Shown: positions 8,797 to 17,993 of the stretch, piece after piece | Position numbering within the stretch: position 1 is the stretch's first letter | How the letters are laid out: the number at the start of each line of letters is the position of its first letter | DNA from: Methanobacteriota archaeon | Lineage (GTDB): Archaea; Thermoplasmatota; Poseidoniia; Poseidoniales; Poseidoniaceae | Direction of reading: 5' to 3' | Length of the DNA: 64,000 nucleotides | NCBI GenBank assembly: GCA_002729095.1 | Contig: PBWC01000045.1 | Coordinates: forward strand, 108,778-172,777 | Program-made: the position numbers and the translations under genes | The notes under the pieces: model-generated | What the model was told of the DNA's origin: nothing | What the model saw: the letters and a program-made list of their open reading frames with translations, nothing else | The model's database searches: none

Positions 8797-10194
8797 TCAA
8801 GCAGGATTAACACGTAAGCCTTGCATAAATAGAACATCTGGTATGTACATGCTTCCACCTGACACTCTTACATCATCACCAAGGAAAACGCCGCTCTGAA
8901 GTGCTTTTGACATGTTTCCGGAGAGACCAGCCTGCTTAACTGAGCCAATAATTTCACCCTCTTCGACTCTAAGAATCGAACTTGTAGTTACTGAGAAATC
9001 TCCGCTAGTTGGATTTGCTGTATGAGCACCCATTACACTATTTACAATATATCCGGTTTCCATTCTATCTAATAGTTGATGAATATTATTAGGTTTGAGA
9101 GAAGATGTTAATTCAAGATTTGAACAACTTGTAACCGGAGGGCTCTGATGGCCTCCACGGGATGCTGAGCCAGTAGTTTCAGCATGGTCTATTTTTCCTT
9201 CTGAAACTAACTTTGCTGAATCTCTGGTAGACCATAGAGATCCTACCAATTTGCCTGAGTCAATAATTACCTGACTTCTAGTTGGAACTCCTTCTCCATC
9301 TCTCGATGATGAAGAAATACCTCCGTTCATTCTTGCATTATCGGTTAAGGAAAGATCCGAAGCAATCACAGATTGTCCCGCTTTTCCAGACCAAAATGAT
9401 TCCATTCTGGCCAGTCTTTGGCCTTTAATGGCTGATGAAACTACTATTGAAAATAGAGAACCGAGTCCTTCAGAAGTCATTACAACTGGTAAATCTTGAG
9501 CACCTCCCTCGATTTTTATTGGATCCCTAGTCTTTTTAGCCCAATCTACCGAGTTTGCAACACATTTCGGTATCCCATCAATCAATTTCTTACTAGATTC
9601 ACCTTGCCAAGAGCTTGTCAACTGTGAGTTTTCATCTATAGAAACTTGCACTCCAATACCATGAGTAGTAGTTATACCTTGGTGTTCAATACCTTCACTA
9701 GAGGTTAAAACCCCAGCAGTAGCACTAACTCCCAAACCGCCTCCAGTTACCACTGCTCTGCTATCTAAAGACGAAACTTCACTAATTATCGCGTCTGCTT
9801 GTTGTATTAGATCATCTGGACCGACAGAAAGTATTCTTTTGTCGAACAGTCCTTCAACCTGTTTTGCTTCTTGACTACTGGGTAGTACGAATCCATCTAC
9901 TGAGGGTGATACCCTAGCTATTGAAATCGCTTGATTAATGGCATTTTCTGCTGAACCAATATCTGCAAGGTAAGCATAGCCGAATTTACCATCTTCGAGA
10001 ACTCTAATACCATAACCACCGCCACCTCCTCCAGCAGCTAAAGAAATCTTACCAGCCTCAATATCTAGTTCATGCCCATATGATTGTAAAGCTATAATTT
10101 CCCATTGTTGGATATTCTTAACCTTACATATATCAGATATTTTTTTGCTACCTGAAATTAATCTATCCAAAGCATCATCTGGAAGCATTATCAT
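8797..10194 (-). CDS. pmbA: PmbA/TldE family metalloprotease-modulator protein
   Basis: 465 aa. TldD/PmbA-family C-terminal signature region (HAETTGSASRGGHQSPP..., GDFSVTTSS) and no HExxxH. Overlaps the upstream tldD by 4 nt (ATGA). Confidence 0.75.
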   Translation of the reverse strand: MIMLPDDALDRLISGSKKISDICKVKNIQQWEIIALQSYGHELDIEAGKISLAAGGGGGGYGIRVLEDGKFGYAYLADIGSAENAINQAISIARVSPSVDGFVLPSSQEAKQVEGLFDKRILSVGPDDLIQQADAIISEVSSLDSRAVVTGGGLGVSATAGVLTSSEGIEHQGITTTHGIGVQVSIDENSQLTSSWQGESSKKLIDGIPKCVANSVDWAKKTRDPIKIEGGAQDLPVVMTSEGLGSLFSIVVSSAIKGQRLARMESFWSGKAGQSVIASDLSLTDNARMNGGISSSSRDGEGVPTRSQVIIDSGKLVGSLWSTRDSAKLVSEGKIDHAETTGSASRGGHQSPPVTSCSNLELTSSLKPNNIHQLLDRMETGYIVNSVMGAHTANPTSGDFSVTTSSILRVEEGEIIGSVKQAGLSGNMSKALQSGVFLGDDVRVSGGSMYIPDVLFMQGLRVNPA

Positions 10195-11633
10195 CCCACC
10201 AATGCTTCTTTTATCCTCATAATTGGTCCACCATCACCTACAGGCACAGTTTGGCCTTTACCACAAAATCCCGGTGCAGCAAGCCTAGAATCAGTTGTCA
10301 ATCCATCAACATCTTTCAAAATCTGCAAAGTTAGTCCGCTTACACTGACATCCTTCAGAGGTGTGGTGATTGAACCATTTTCAATAAGCCATGCCTCCTG
10401 TGCAGCGAATTGAAATGATCCGCGTCCTGTGTCTACTTGACCACCTCTTGATCCACAGGCATAAACTCCGTACTCAATATCTTCAATCAATTCATCAATA
10501 TCATTATGAGTTCCGCCTCTAATCAAAGTATTTGACATTCTAACAAGTGGGTGGTGAAGGCCATCTTGTGCTCTTGCTCCTGCATTAGGCTCTATACCGA
10601 AATGTTGTGCAGATTCTCGATGATTAAGGTAATCTGTCAATATACCATTTTTAATCAGGCATTTTTCTTTCGTATCAAGGCCTTCATCATCAATTGGATG
10701 TGCCCCATAGCCTCCCCTAATTGTCGGGTCATCGACGACAGTAACAATTTCATTGCCTATTTTTTGTCCCAATTTACCATCTAAGCATGAATCTCCAGCT
10801 GCAACCAAGTCAGCCTCGCATGGATGGCCAAGTGCTTCGTGAATGTACACGCCAGTCAAGTCCCTATCTGCTACTAAAGGCAACTTTCCAGATGGTGACC
10901 TCTCCGCCTTCAACAATCGGATTGCTGAAATTTTTGCACTGTTGCCGAGTTCAGATAAATCACACGCTTCAATAAGTTCAAGTCCACCTTCTCCACCATG
11001 TCTTGTTCTGTAAGAAACAACATCAGAGCCATCCCTTGCAGTTACAGTAGCATTAACAAGAGACCTTTGAAATGACCAAACTCTATTCATTCCTTCACTG
11101 GACATGAATTCTGTATGAATGTGCTCGTCATGCCAACCACAAATTACAGATGCAATTTTACTATCATCACTAGAGTTATCGTGTAATACCTTTAGGTGTT
11201 CTAACTTTTCACTAAGTTCGGTATTTCTTACATCTTTCTTTGGATTCCAGTGAATGGAATCCTCAATAATGGGAACCTCAGCTAATGATACCGGTTTATC
11301 TTTTATTCCTCTTCTTGAAGCAACGGCCCTTGCTAACTTCACTGTCCCCTCTACTTGAAGTGGAATTGAACTGATATCTGTGGTGGAATGAACACCCCAC
11401 GCTCCGTCTGCAAGAATTCGCATCGTTGCTCCCACTTCTTGTCCGGGAATTGCCCTCTCTAGTTGTCCATCGCGAGTAGATACACTTGAATCTGTAATTG
11501 AAACTAGCCTAACTTCAGCGTACTCAGCACCGAATTCTGTAGCTTTATCTAATGCTGATTGGATTTTTTCTTGATCTAAATATCTCCTTCCGTTGTCAAA
11601 TGAAACATCACCTGGAGCCTTAGCAATTACCAT
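10191..11633 (-). CDS. tldD: TldD family zinc metalloprotease
   Basis: 480 aa with the TldD HExxxH motif (HEALGHPCEADL) plus GxC and GG-rich family blocks (GSRGGQVDTGRG, FCGKGQ). Confidence 0.8.
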   Translation of the reverse strand: MVIAKAPGDVSFDNGRRYLDQEKIQSALDKATEFGAEYAEVRLVSITDSSVSTRDGQLERAIPGQEVGATMRILADGAWGVHSTTDISSIPLQVEGTVKLARAVASRRGIKDKPVSLAEVPIIEDSIHWNPKKDVRNTELSEKLEHLKVLHDNSSDDSKIASVICGWHDEHIHTEFMSSEGMNRVWSFQRSLVNATVTARDGSDVVSYRTRHGGEGGLELIEACDLSELGNSAKISAIRLLKAERSPSGKLPLVADRDLTGVYIHEALGHPCEADLVAAGDSCLDGKLGQKIGNEIVTVVDDPTIRGGYGAHPIDDEGLDTKEKCLIKNGILTDYLNHRESAQHFGIEPNAGARAQDGLHHPLVRMSNTLIRGGTHNDIDELIEDIEYGVYACGSRGGQVDTGRGSFQFAAQEAWLIENGSITTPLKDVSVSGLTLQILKDVDGLTTDSRLAAPGFCGKGQTVPVGDGGPIMRIKEALVG

Positions 11634-11673
11634 GTAGCCATCTAAAAAGCGATAGTGCTTGAACTCTTCTAAT

Positions 11674-12234
11674 CTATGAGTTGAATTCGGAAGAAATTAT
11701 GAATGCAACCAATGAGTCTTCTAAATTTTCAAGATTTAAATTATTCTCATCCAAGCCCAACTTGATTGCATTACTAAGATTCAATTTAGGACTCACATCT
11801 ATTTTTTCAAGATTCAACATGTCGAGAATTTCATTATACTGGGAATCAAATAACTCTCGGAAATCTGATTGAGGATTAACAGAATGATCTGTCAATTTAT
11901 CGCCCTCTGGAAGATAGACCAGCCAACCTTTTGAATCTTCATTCCCTAATCCGGCTTTGGAAAATGCCTCTGAGACGTGATGAGTTCCTGCAAGATATCT
12001 CATAAATTCTGCATCCACACTTCTAGCAAGTTTATTTCCTCTCAGGTGCCTCCTTTCACAACAATGCCATGCAGTCCAAAGTTGGTTATCAGATAAAGCG
12101 ACGTGAAACCCCAACATAACCCACCTATTTGAAGGTCTAATTTTCAAAAATTTTTCAACTATTTTTTCATTGGATAATTCTCTAGAAACCCAACCTATAC
12201 ACGGAAATAATCCCAGTTCCATAATTGAGCCCAA
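11674..12234 (-). CDS. Cgi121-like protein (possible KEOPS accessory subunit)
   Basis: 186 aa. Central block ARSVDAEFMRYLAGTHHVSEAFSKAGL resembles the Cgi121 S-x-SL-x-LE-x-LLY-x-AGTRQI-x-A-x-x-x-G core. Weak, motif-level only. Confidence 0.35.
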   Translation of the reverse strand: MGSIMELGLFPCIGWVSRELSNEKIVEKFLKIRPSNRWVMLGFHVALSDNQLWTAWHCCERRHLRGNKLARSVDAEFMRYLAGTHHVSEAFSKAGLGNEDSKGWLVYLPEGDKLTDHSVNPQSDFRELFDSQYNEILDMLNLEKIDVSPKLNLSNAIKLGLDENNLNLENLEDSLVAFIISSEFNS

Positions 12235-12257
12235 CTAGTTATTTTTATTCAATTATC

Positions 12258-14882
12258 CTATACTTTTTCATCATCCAAAGGTATATCGTCATCACGGACT
12301 TTTTGGGTAAATTGATTCTCAGTTTTACTATTATGCCTTGACACTACTTTGTTAACTTCTTCGAAAATCTTATTCAACAATACAGGACCCCAGCCCCTTA
12401 AATTCAATAATTTATTCTTAATTTTAGAATCCATAGAAAGTACATGATTTGGTGTTCTAATACCAAGATTTGCCATTTCTCGAGCTCTGGAACGTCCTAT
12501 ATTTCTAATATTGACCAAAGTTAGAAGATCCTCTTTACACCCATGCCTAGTTCTCTGGCGAAGAATATCTATTTTCTTGACTATATCGGAAATTTCTGCC
12601 ATATGCTCATCGGAAAATACATCATCTGCAAGAAGTATTTCTCTAGAACCAAGTAGTAACCATGTCGCCAGGTCGACTCTGTGGTGTAAATCACCTGGGC
12701 TAACATCTAAACTTTTCTCTATAGAACGCATGCTTTCTTCATCATTCCATTTTTCAATTAACCAAGCAGATTTTACGTTTCCTAGTAACATTTCGTCATA
12801 ATTGGAATCTGCAAGAAGTTGTTCTTCAACAGAATTTGTTTTGAGCCAAAGTTCAGAATTTATCTCCATATCCTTATTTTTCGCCCACAGGGAAGAAAAA
12901 TCAGGAGTTGTGGTAATTAGGTGTAGTATTCCAAAATTTGTAACCACTGAATCTTTACGGACTTCTCTCCTAACAGCCCTTCTCAATCCGACTCTTAAGA
13001 TTGAAGCTGAAAGAGGATCCAAATACAATTGTGTCACTCTATCTCCGATGATGGTTGATTCATATTTCATAGCAGAAAATTCATTCTTTTGAGCAGAATG
13101 CCAAGCGCCAACATTTGTTAACTCTGTAGCTTTTTTGAACCCGAAACTTGGCTCATTATGCGCTGAATATTTGCTTGTTAAACTAACATTTTCAGCCTCA
13201 TTAGATAACTTCACACCGGTAGTTGTATGTGCAATAGATGCCCATGCAGGCATATCATCATCCCATTCATCTGACAAATCTAATCCTTTGTCGGCTCTTT
13301 TTCCTGCATAAGATTCATCGACACCTAATTTTCTGATAAATCTCTCTTCTACCAACCAGTGTAACATTTCGTCGATTCTATCATTTAGAATATTTTTAGA
13401 TATACTATGTCCTAGAAATGTAGATTCAAAGAAATCTCCAATATCCCCTCTATGTTGTAATCCACCTGTTGAAATTATGGAAAGTAAATGTGTCCTAAGA
13501 GCTGGCTCACTAGCTAATTTTGATGATATTGATTCAATCTCACCAAAGAAATACCTATCACTGACATCATCTGCTATTTCCCAACCATCCGTACCTTTGC
13601 ATAATATCCAAGCTTCACCATAAGCATCATACTTAGGACGTCCTGCTCTTCCAAGCATTTGTCTTACTTCCATTACTGGAAGCGGACGATTCATTCCATC
13701 ATCCCATCTTTTTACATCTCTAACTAAAACTCGTCTAGCTGGAAGATTAACTCCTGCAGCGAGAGTTGGTGTTGCCGATAATGCAATTAACAAGCCGCTC
13801 TTGAATGCTTCTTCGATTGATTTGCGCTGAGTATGGGTTAATCCAGCATGATGAAATGCGACTCCACCGATTATACATTGTGATAATTTCTCACCCATTG
13901 CAGTTTGAGATCTTCCGTCTAAGGATTGCGAAAGTTGTTTCAATTGTTTTAACCTGTCTGGATTTTCTTTTTCTAAAACCTTGTAAACTCTTTTTGATAA
14001 TTTTAATGCCTCCGATTCAGCACTTCTTCGAGTGCCAACAAAAATCAATAATTGACCATCTTGTTGAATTGTATCTTTCAGCACAACCCATGTTGGATGT
14101 GTTTTTGGACCTTCTAAATCTCTTGGCGGATTTAATAGCTCAGGAGAGTCAGAAACTTGCGATGATTGGACCATTCTTGGCTCCAAATGCAGGTCATGAA
14201 ATGTACTGTATTCAAGGGCTACAGGACGCCAGTCCGATTGAATCAAGTCGGCATCTAACCAGTCCGCAAGTTCTTTACAATTACCAACGGTTGCCGATAG
14301 TGCAACTAATTGTGCGTCGGGCCTTAGAAATCTGAGTTTAGTCAAATTTATTTCTAGGGTAGGTCCCCTGGATGAATCGTTCATTAAATGAAATTCATCA
14401 GCCACAACGATAGAAACTCTAGACATTGTTTGTGAATTATTTCTGATTATTGAGTCCAATTTTTCTGAAGTACAAACTAGAATATCGCATTCTTCTATTT
14501 TTTTTGCTTCCGATGATGAATCACCTATTCCCAAACCAACTGTTAGATTTACTGCACTAGCCATAGACTTTAGATCTTCGAATTTTTCGCTTGCAAGTGC
14601 CTTCAAAGGAACAATGTAAACCGCTTTCGTGCCAATTTCATCAACCAGTAATTTTTTCATTATTGCAAGATAGGCAACCAACGATTTTCCAGAAGCCGTA
14701 GGTATAGCGAGAAGAATATTTTTTCCATCAAAAATTGAAGGCATAGCTTGAACCTGAGGGGGGTGTAATTTCTCTATACCCCAACTTTTAGAAAGAAAAT
14801 TAGTTAACTTAGAAGGCAGGTCCAAGCTCGAGATATGCTCTTTCTCGGCCGCCATGAAACCACTGTCGCGCCAACAGTCCAA
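12258..14882 (-). CDS. hel308: Ski2-like DNA helicase Hel308 (HelQ homologue)
   Basis: 874 aa. Motif I AIPTASGKSLVAYLA, motif II VVADEFH (DExH), motif VI QMLGRAGRP. Winged-helix, ratchet and C-terminal HhH region (NIRNIGRSRAREMANLGIRT). About 100-aa insertion relative to canonical ~720-aa Hel308. Confidence 0.8.
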   Translation of the reverse strand: MDCWRDSGFMAAEKEHISSLDLPSKLTNFLSKSWGIEKLHPPQVQAMPSIFDGKNILLAIPTASGKSLVAYLAIMKKLLVDEIGTKAVYIVPLKALASEKFEDLKSMASAVNLTVGLGIGDSSSEAKKIEECDILVCTSEKLDSIIRNNSQTMSRVSIVVADEFHLMNDSSRGPTLEINLTKLRFLRPDAQLVALSATVGNCKELADWLDADLIQSDWRPVALEYSTFHDLHLEPRMVQSSQVSDSPELLNPPRDLEGPKTHPTWVVLKDTIQQDGQLLIFVGTRRSAESEALKLSKRVYKVLEKENPDRLKQLKQLSQSLDGRSQTAMGEKLSQCIIGGVAFHHAGLTHTQRKSIEEAFKSGLLIALSATPTLAAGVNLPARRVLVRDVKRWDDGMNRPLPVMEVRQMLGRAGRPKYDAYGEAWILCKGTDGWEIADDVSDRYFFGEIESISSKLASEPALRTHLLSIISTGGLQHRGDIGDFFESTFLGHSISKNILNDRIDEMLHWLVEERFIRKLGVDESYAGKRADKGLDLSDEWDDDMPAWASIAHTTTGVKLSNEAENVSLTSKYSAHNEPSFGFKKATELTNVGAWHSAQKNEFSAMKYESTIIGDRVTQLYLDPLSASILRVGLRRAVRREVRKDSVVTNFGILHLITTTPDFSSLWAKNKDMEINSELWLKTNSVEEQLLADSNYDEMLLGNVKSAWLIEKWNDEESMRSIEKSLDVSPGDLHHRVDLATWLLLGSREILLADDVFSDEHMAEISDIVKKIDILRQRTRHGCKEDLLTLVNIRNIGRSRAREMANLGIRTPNHVLSMDSKIKNKLLNLRGWGPVLLNKIFEEVNKVVSRHNSKTENQFTQKVRDDDIPLDDEKV

Positions 14883-14946
14883 AAGGACAACGCTTCAACG
14901 GGTAATTCCGACACGCATAAGACCCCTCTGCTACTGTCCTATCAAC

Positions 14947-15573
14947 ATGAGCGATGAGATGGACTCTATTATCGAAGACAGACTTTCAGTTTTTGACGAT
15001 GAACCAGACCTAAATGACTGGGTCGAAGTGATGTGCGGTGCAGCTATGGCTGTAATCGGTATTTTTCATTTAGTTCAACCTGGTGAATTAGTTGATCCAG
15101 ATATTATGAGATGGTTTGCTGCCGCAGTAGTAGCTGCAGGTGCTGTTTGGGCTGGCCATGGTTTGAAAGACATGGCAGTAAAAGAAGTTCGACGCTCAAT
15201 AGCAATTCTTGAGTTGTCTGAGATTTCCTCATCGGAAGGGCCAAATCATGGACTTATTAGGGATGTCTTACTTAATCCTGAAGAATACAAAAGTTTCCTA
15301 TTAGAGGCATATAACTCTGCATGGGAAGACGGAATCATTACTGAACAGGAATTAGAGGAATTAAAATCATTCCAGACAGCACTTGGTATTTCAGACGAAG
15401 ATGCTGCCAAGATGAATATAGATGCAGCAATTTCTTCGGCAGCAAAAGATGGCGATATTTCTGAAGATGAAGAATCCATGATTAAGAAAATCGCAGAAGA
15501 TTCAGATATGGACGCTGAAAGTAAGGTTGAAGAAGCAAAATCAAAGGCTAAAAGTAAGTCTAAAAAGAAATGA
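14947..15573 (+). CDS. membrane protein with TerB-like acidic C-terminal domain
   Basis: Start chosen at internal ATG 14947 (MSDEMDSII...). The six-frame ORF starts at 14854, inside the hel308 5' end. Two TM helices (AAMAVIGIFHLV, AAAVVAAGAVWAGHG). C-terminal region of paired helices (ITEQELEELKSFQTALGISDEDAAKM) and a lysine-rich tail. Confidence 0.35.
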   Translation: MSDEMDSIIEDRLSVFDDEPDLNDWVEVMCGAAMAVIGIFHLVQPGELVDPDIMRWFAAAVVAAGAVWAGHGLKDMAVKEVRRSIAILELSEISSSEGPNHGLIRDVLLNPEEYKSFLLEAYNSAWEDGIITEQELEELKSFQTALGISDEDAAKMNIDAAISSAAKDGDISEDEESMIKKIAEDSDMDAESKVEEAKSKAKSKSKKK

Positions 15574-16122
15574 TCATACTTTTCTATCCTTTAATGTAAC
15601 ATCGCATTGGCGGCATTTGTACCTTCCCATTGAGGCTTTCTTTCTAGGAAAATCTTTGCCGCATTTAGGACAACTCCATATCCATGTCGCATTTTTAAAT
15701 CGTAAAAATTCAGTAAACTCGCTTCCATGCTTAGAGGCTCTATTGCCTGGCCACTGATTTTCCATAAAACGAAATTTGGAATTATGCTCTCTAAAGCCTA
15801 ATGCATGTATATATTCGTGGTGTAGAACAAAAGCAGCATAGGCTTTCCATCTTTCCTGCAATAACTCAGGATGAATATTAATTACTTCAACATCTTTAGG
15901 CTTTAGATTATTTGCATCAGATCCTAATTTCCATCTTGTTACACCATGCCTCTGTGTGGCATTTTTTCTTAGGACTCCAAGTTTTATATCGTTTAATTCT
16001 TGAGTATTGGTTTCATTCCAAACTTCCATATCTAACATCAAGTCTAGAACAAAATTTTTCAAATCATCCAATTTTACACTTTGTTGAGCATTTGGATTAA
16101 CCATTAATTTACTCAACTCCAC
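15574..16122 (-). CDS. YgjP/DUF45-family zinc metallohydrolase with C-terminal zinc ribbon
   Basis: HHEYIHALGFREHNSKFRFMENQW matches the DUF45/YgjP H-E-x-x-H...E-H-N/S...F-W signature. C-terminal CPKC...CRQC ribbon. Confidence 0.5.
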   Translation of the reverse strand: MELSKLMVNPNAQQSVKLDDLKNFVLDLMLDMEVWNETNTQELNDIKLGVLRKNATQRHGVTRWKLGSDANNLKPKDVEVINIHPELLQERWKAYAAFVLHHEYIHALGFREHNSKFRFMENQWPGNRASKHGSEFTEFLRFKNATWIWSCPKCGKDFPRKKASMGRYKCRQCDVTLKDRKV

Positions 16123-16580
16123 CTATGATATGCAGGATGACCTTCTTTGACGGCAACAAACAATCCACTACCTGTTGCACACACTTTGCCCCCTGCCTCC
16201 AATAATAGTTCAACTTCTACTTTATCTCCTTCAATAGATTTAATTTGACTAGTTATGCAAAGCAACGTATCATTTGGGGTAGGGCGTCGAAGTTTAACCG
16301 AGTAAGATGCCGTAACTGTACATGGCGGATTATCATCTCCACTCTTGTCCATGAGAGCAATTGCTGCAGTCCAATTTCCATGGCAGTCGAGTAATGTTCC
16401 AATTATTCCACCATTTATCATCCCCGGAAATGCTTGGTGATGTTCTTCTGGCATGTATTCTAAGTACAATCCATTTTCTATTCTTGTACTATTGATTCGA
16501 AGACCTTCTTTATTTGCTGGACCGCATCCAAAACAAATCGAGTTTGCAGCATACTTTCGCTGAACTCCTATTTCTTCCAT
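16113..16580 (-). CDS. hotdog-fold thioesterase (PaaI/YbgC-like)
   Basis: Start chosen at internal Met (MEEIGVQRKY..., 16580) to avoid overlap with the divergent gene. Core HQAFPGMINGGIIGTLLDCHGNW is the PaaI-type catalytic region of hotdog thioesterases. Confidence 0.55.
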   Translation of the reverse strand: MEEIGVQRKYAANSICFGCGPANKEGLRINSTRIENGLYLEYMPEEHHQAFPGMINGGIIGTLLDCHGNWTAAIALMDKSGDDNPPCTVTASYSVKLRRPTPNDTLLCITSQIKSIEGDKVEVELLLEAGGKVCATGSGLFVAVKEGHPAYHRWS

Positions 16581-16661
16581 GCCTATCCTAACATTTGTCC
16601 GTCTTTCTTTGTTTGTATAGATTGTTTCAATCGCATTGTTCTTGATGAATGAAATATTCGC

Positions 16662-17993
16662 TTGTACATGGGTGCCAAGAAACGTGCTGATAAAGCAAAA
16701 GTTCGCGTGGCCCATGAATTGCCAAAGAGAAGACGTATTGCAATTAAAGAAGCATTGGACGCTCATCAGACTGAAGATAGACCAGAGTGGGATCGAAGCG
16801 CTGAGTGGGGTAATATCCGTCTTTACAGGAAAATTATCAAAACCGGAACGATTAGAACAATCTCCTTACCACTGTTAGAAGTAGATTTAGGCGACCCCTG
16901 GCCGATACCTGTAACAGTTATTCACGGTGAAAGACCTGGACCAACAATAACTATACTCGGTGGTATTCATGGCGACGAATTGACTGGTCCTTCAGCATGT
17001 ACTCATTTACTTTCAAATGCTTTTACCGATATTGGGAAACCTTTGGACCCAAAACAAATGGCTGGAACTGTTAGGATTGTCCCCGTAGTTAACCTACCTG
17101 GTTACAGAGCGAAATCAAGATATTTTCCCGATGGTAGAGATCTGAATAGAAATTTTCCTGGGAATTTCAAAACCACTACTACAAGAAGAGTTGCTGCACA
17201 AGTATGGAAATACTTAGTTAAGGATAGTGATGCAATTATTGACTTGCATAGCGCAGCTAAAGGTCGTTCCAATATGCCTCAATTGAGAGCTGATTTAGCT
17301 CATGCAGGTTCGAATATTCTTGCTAAGGCATTTGGAATTGAAATTATTTTAGATTCAAAACCACCATCTGGTTCACTTAGAAAGGCTGCTGTAGAGAATG
17401 ATATACCTTCTATTACTTATGAAGGAGGAGGTGCAAATTTACTAGACAATGAAGCTGTTAAAGTGGCAATTCACGGAGTAACTAATATTCTAAGATCTTT
17501 AAGAATGATACCAGGAAAGCCTAATCGGCCAAGGTTCCGTATGTTAGCTAGCGGTTCTCGTTGGTTAAGAGCTAGCGAAGGTGGTCTGCTAGATATGTTT
17601 GTTACTTCAGGTTCTGTAATGCGAGAAGGTGAAGTAATAGCTACAATTTCTGACCCTGCTACTCCCGGACTTACTGTTGATATTGTAGCACCAGAAGATG
17701 GTTTGTTAGTTGGCGCGGCAACTAACCCGTTTACTGCTAGTGGAATGCCTGTTGGACATTTTCTTCCTGTCTCGAAGCATATATCTCTGCTAGAAGAACA
17801 AATTGATGAAAATGGCAAATTTATTGTTTGTGGTTCTGAAGAAGATGCTGTATGGAGAGAAGAACAAGACATCGATGAAGTTAATGTTGATGGGGAATGG
17901 AGCGGTGGCGGAGTTGATAGTGAATGGATGATTGGAAAATCAAACCAACAAAAGCCTAATTCATTCTCAGATTACGAAGAAGCCGATGCTTAA
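16662..17993 (+). CDS. succinylglutamate desuccinylase/aspartoacylase (AstE/AspA) family zinc hydrolase with C-terminal extension
   Basis: ITILGGIHGDELTG zinc-binding motif of the AstE_AspA family, a second His block (IIDLHSAAKG), then an ~120-aa extra C-terminal domain. Confidence 0.55.
   Translation: MYMGAKKRADKAKVRVAHELPKRRRIAIKEALDAHQTEDRPEWDRSAEWGNIRLYRKIIKTGTIRTISLPLLEVDLGDPWPIPVTVIHGERPGPTITILGGIHGDELTGPSACTHLLSNAFTDIGKPLDPKQMAGTVRIVPVVNLPGYRAKSRYFPDGRDLNRNFPGNFKTTTTRRVAAQVWKYLVKDSDAIIDLHSAAKGRSNMPQLRADLAHAGSNILAKAFGIEIILDSKPPSGSLRKAAVENDIPSITYEGGGANLLDNEAVKVAIHGVTNILRSLRMIPGKPNRPRFRMLASGSRWLRASEGGLLDMFVTSGSVMREGEVIATISDPATPGLTVDIVAPEDGLLVGAATNPFTASGMPVGHFLPVSKHISLLEEQIDENGKFIVCGSEEDAVWREEQDIDEVNVDGEWSGGGVDSEWMIGKSNQQKPNSFSDYEEADA

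Noticed and set aside
8409-8899. Small ORFs (8409..8636 minus, 8521..8724 plus, 8579..8899 plus) around the rpa start and the GC-rich spacer
   Set aside because: They overlap the well-supported rpa N-terminus and pmbA C-terminus and have no motifs. The GC-rich spacer is better explained as regulatory sequence or a possible ncRNA (see findings).
16662-16766. Apparent 105-bp overlap between divergent genes (thioesterase 16113..16766 and AstE/AspA-family 16662..17993)
   Set aside because: Resolved by using the internal Met (16580) of the thioesterase ORF, which gives a family-typical ~155-aa protein. This is not a real overlap.
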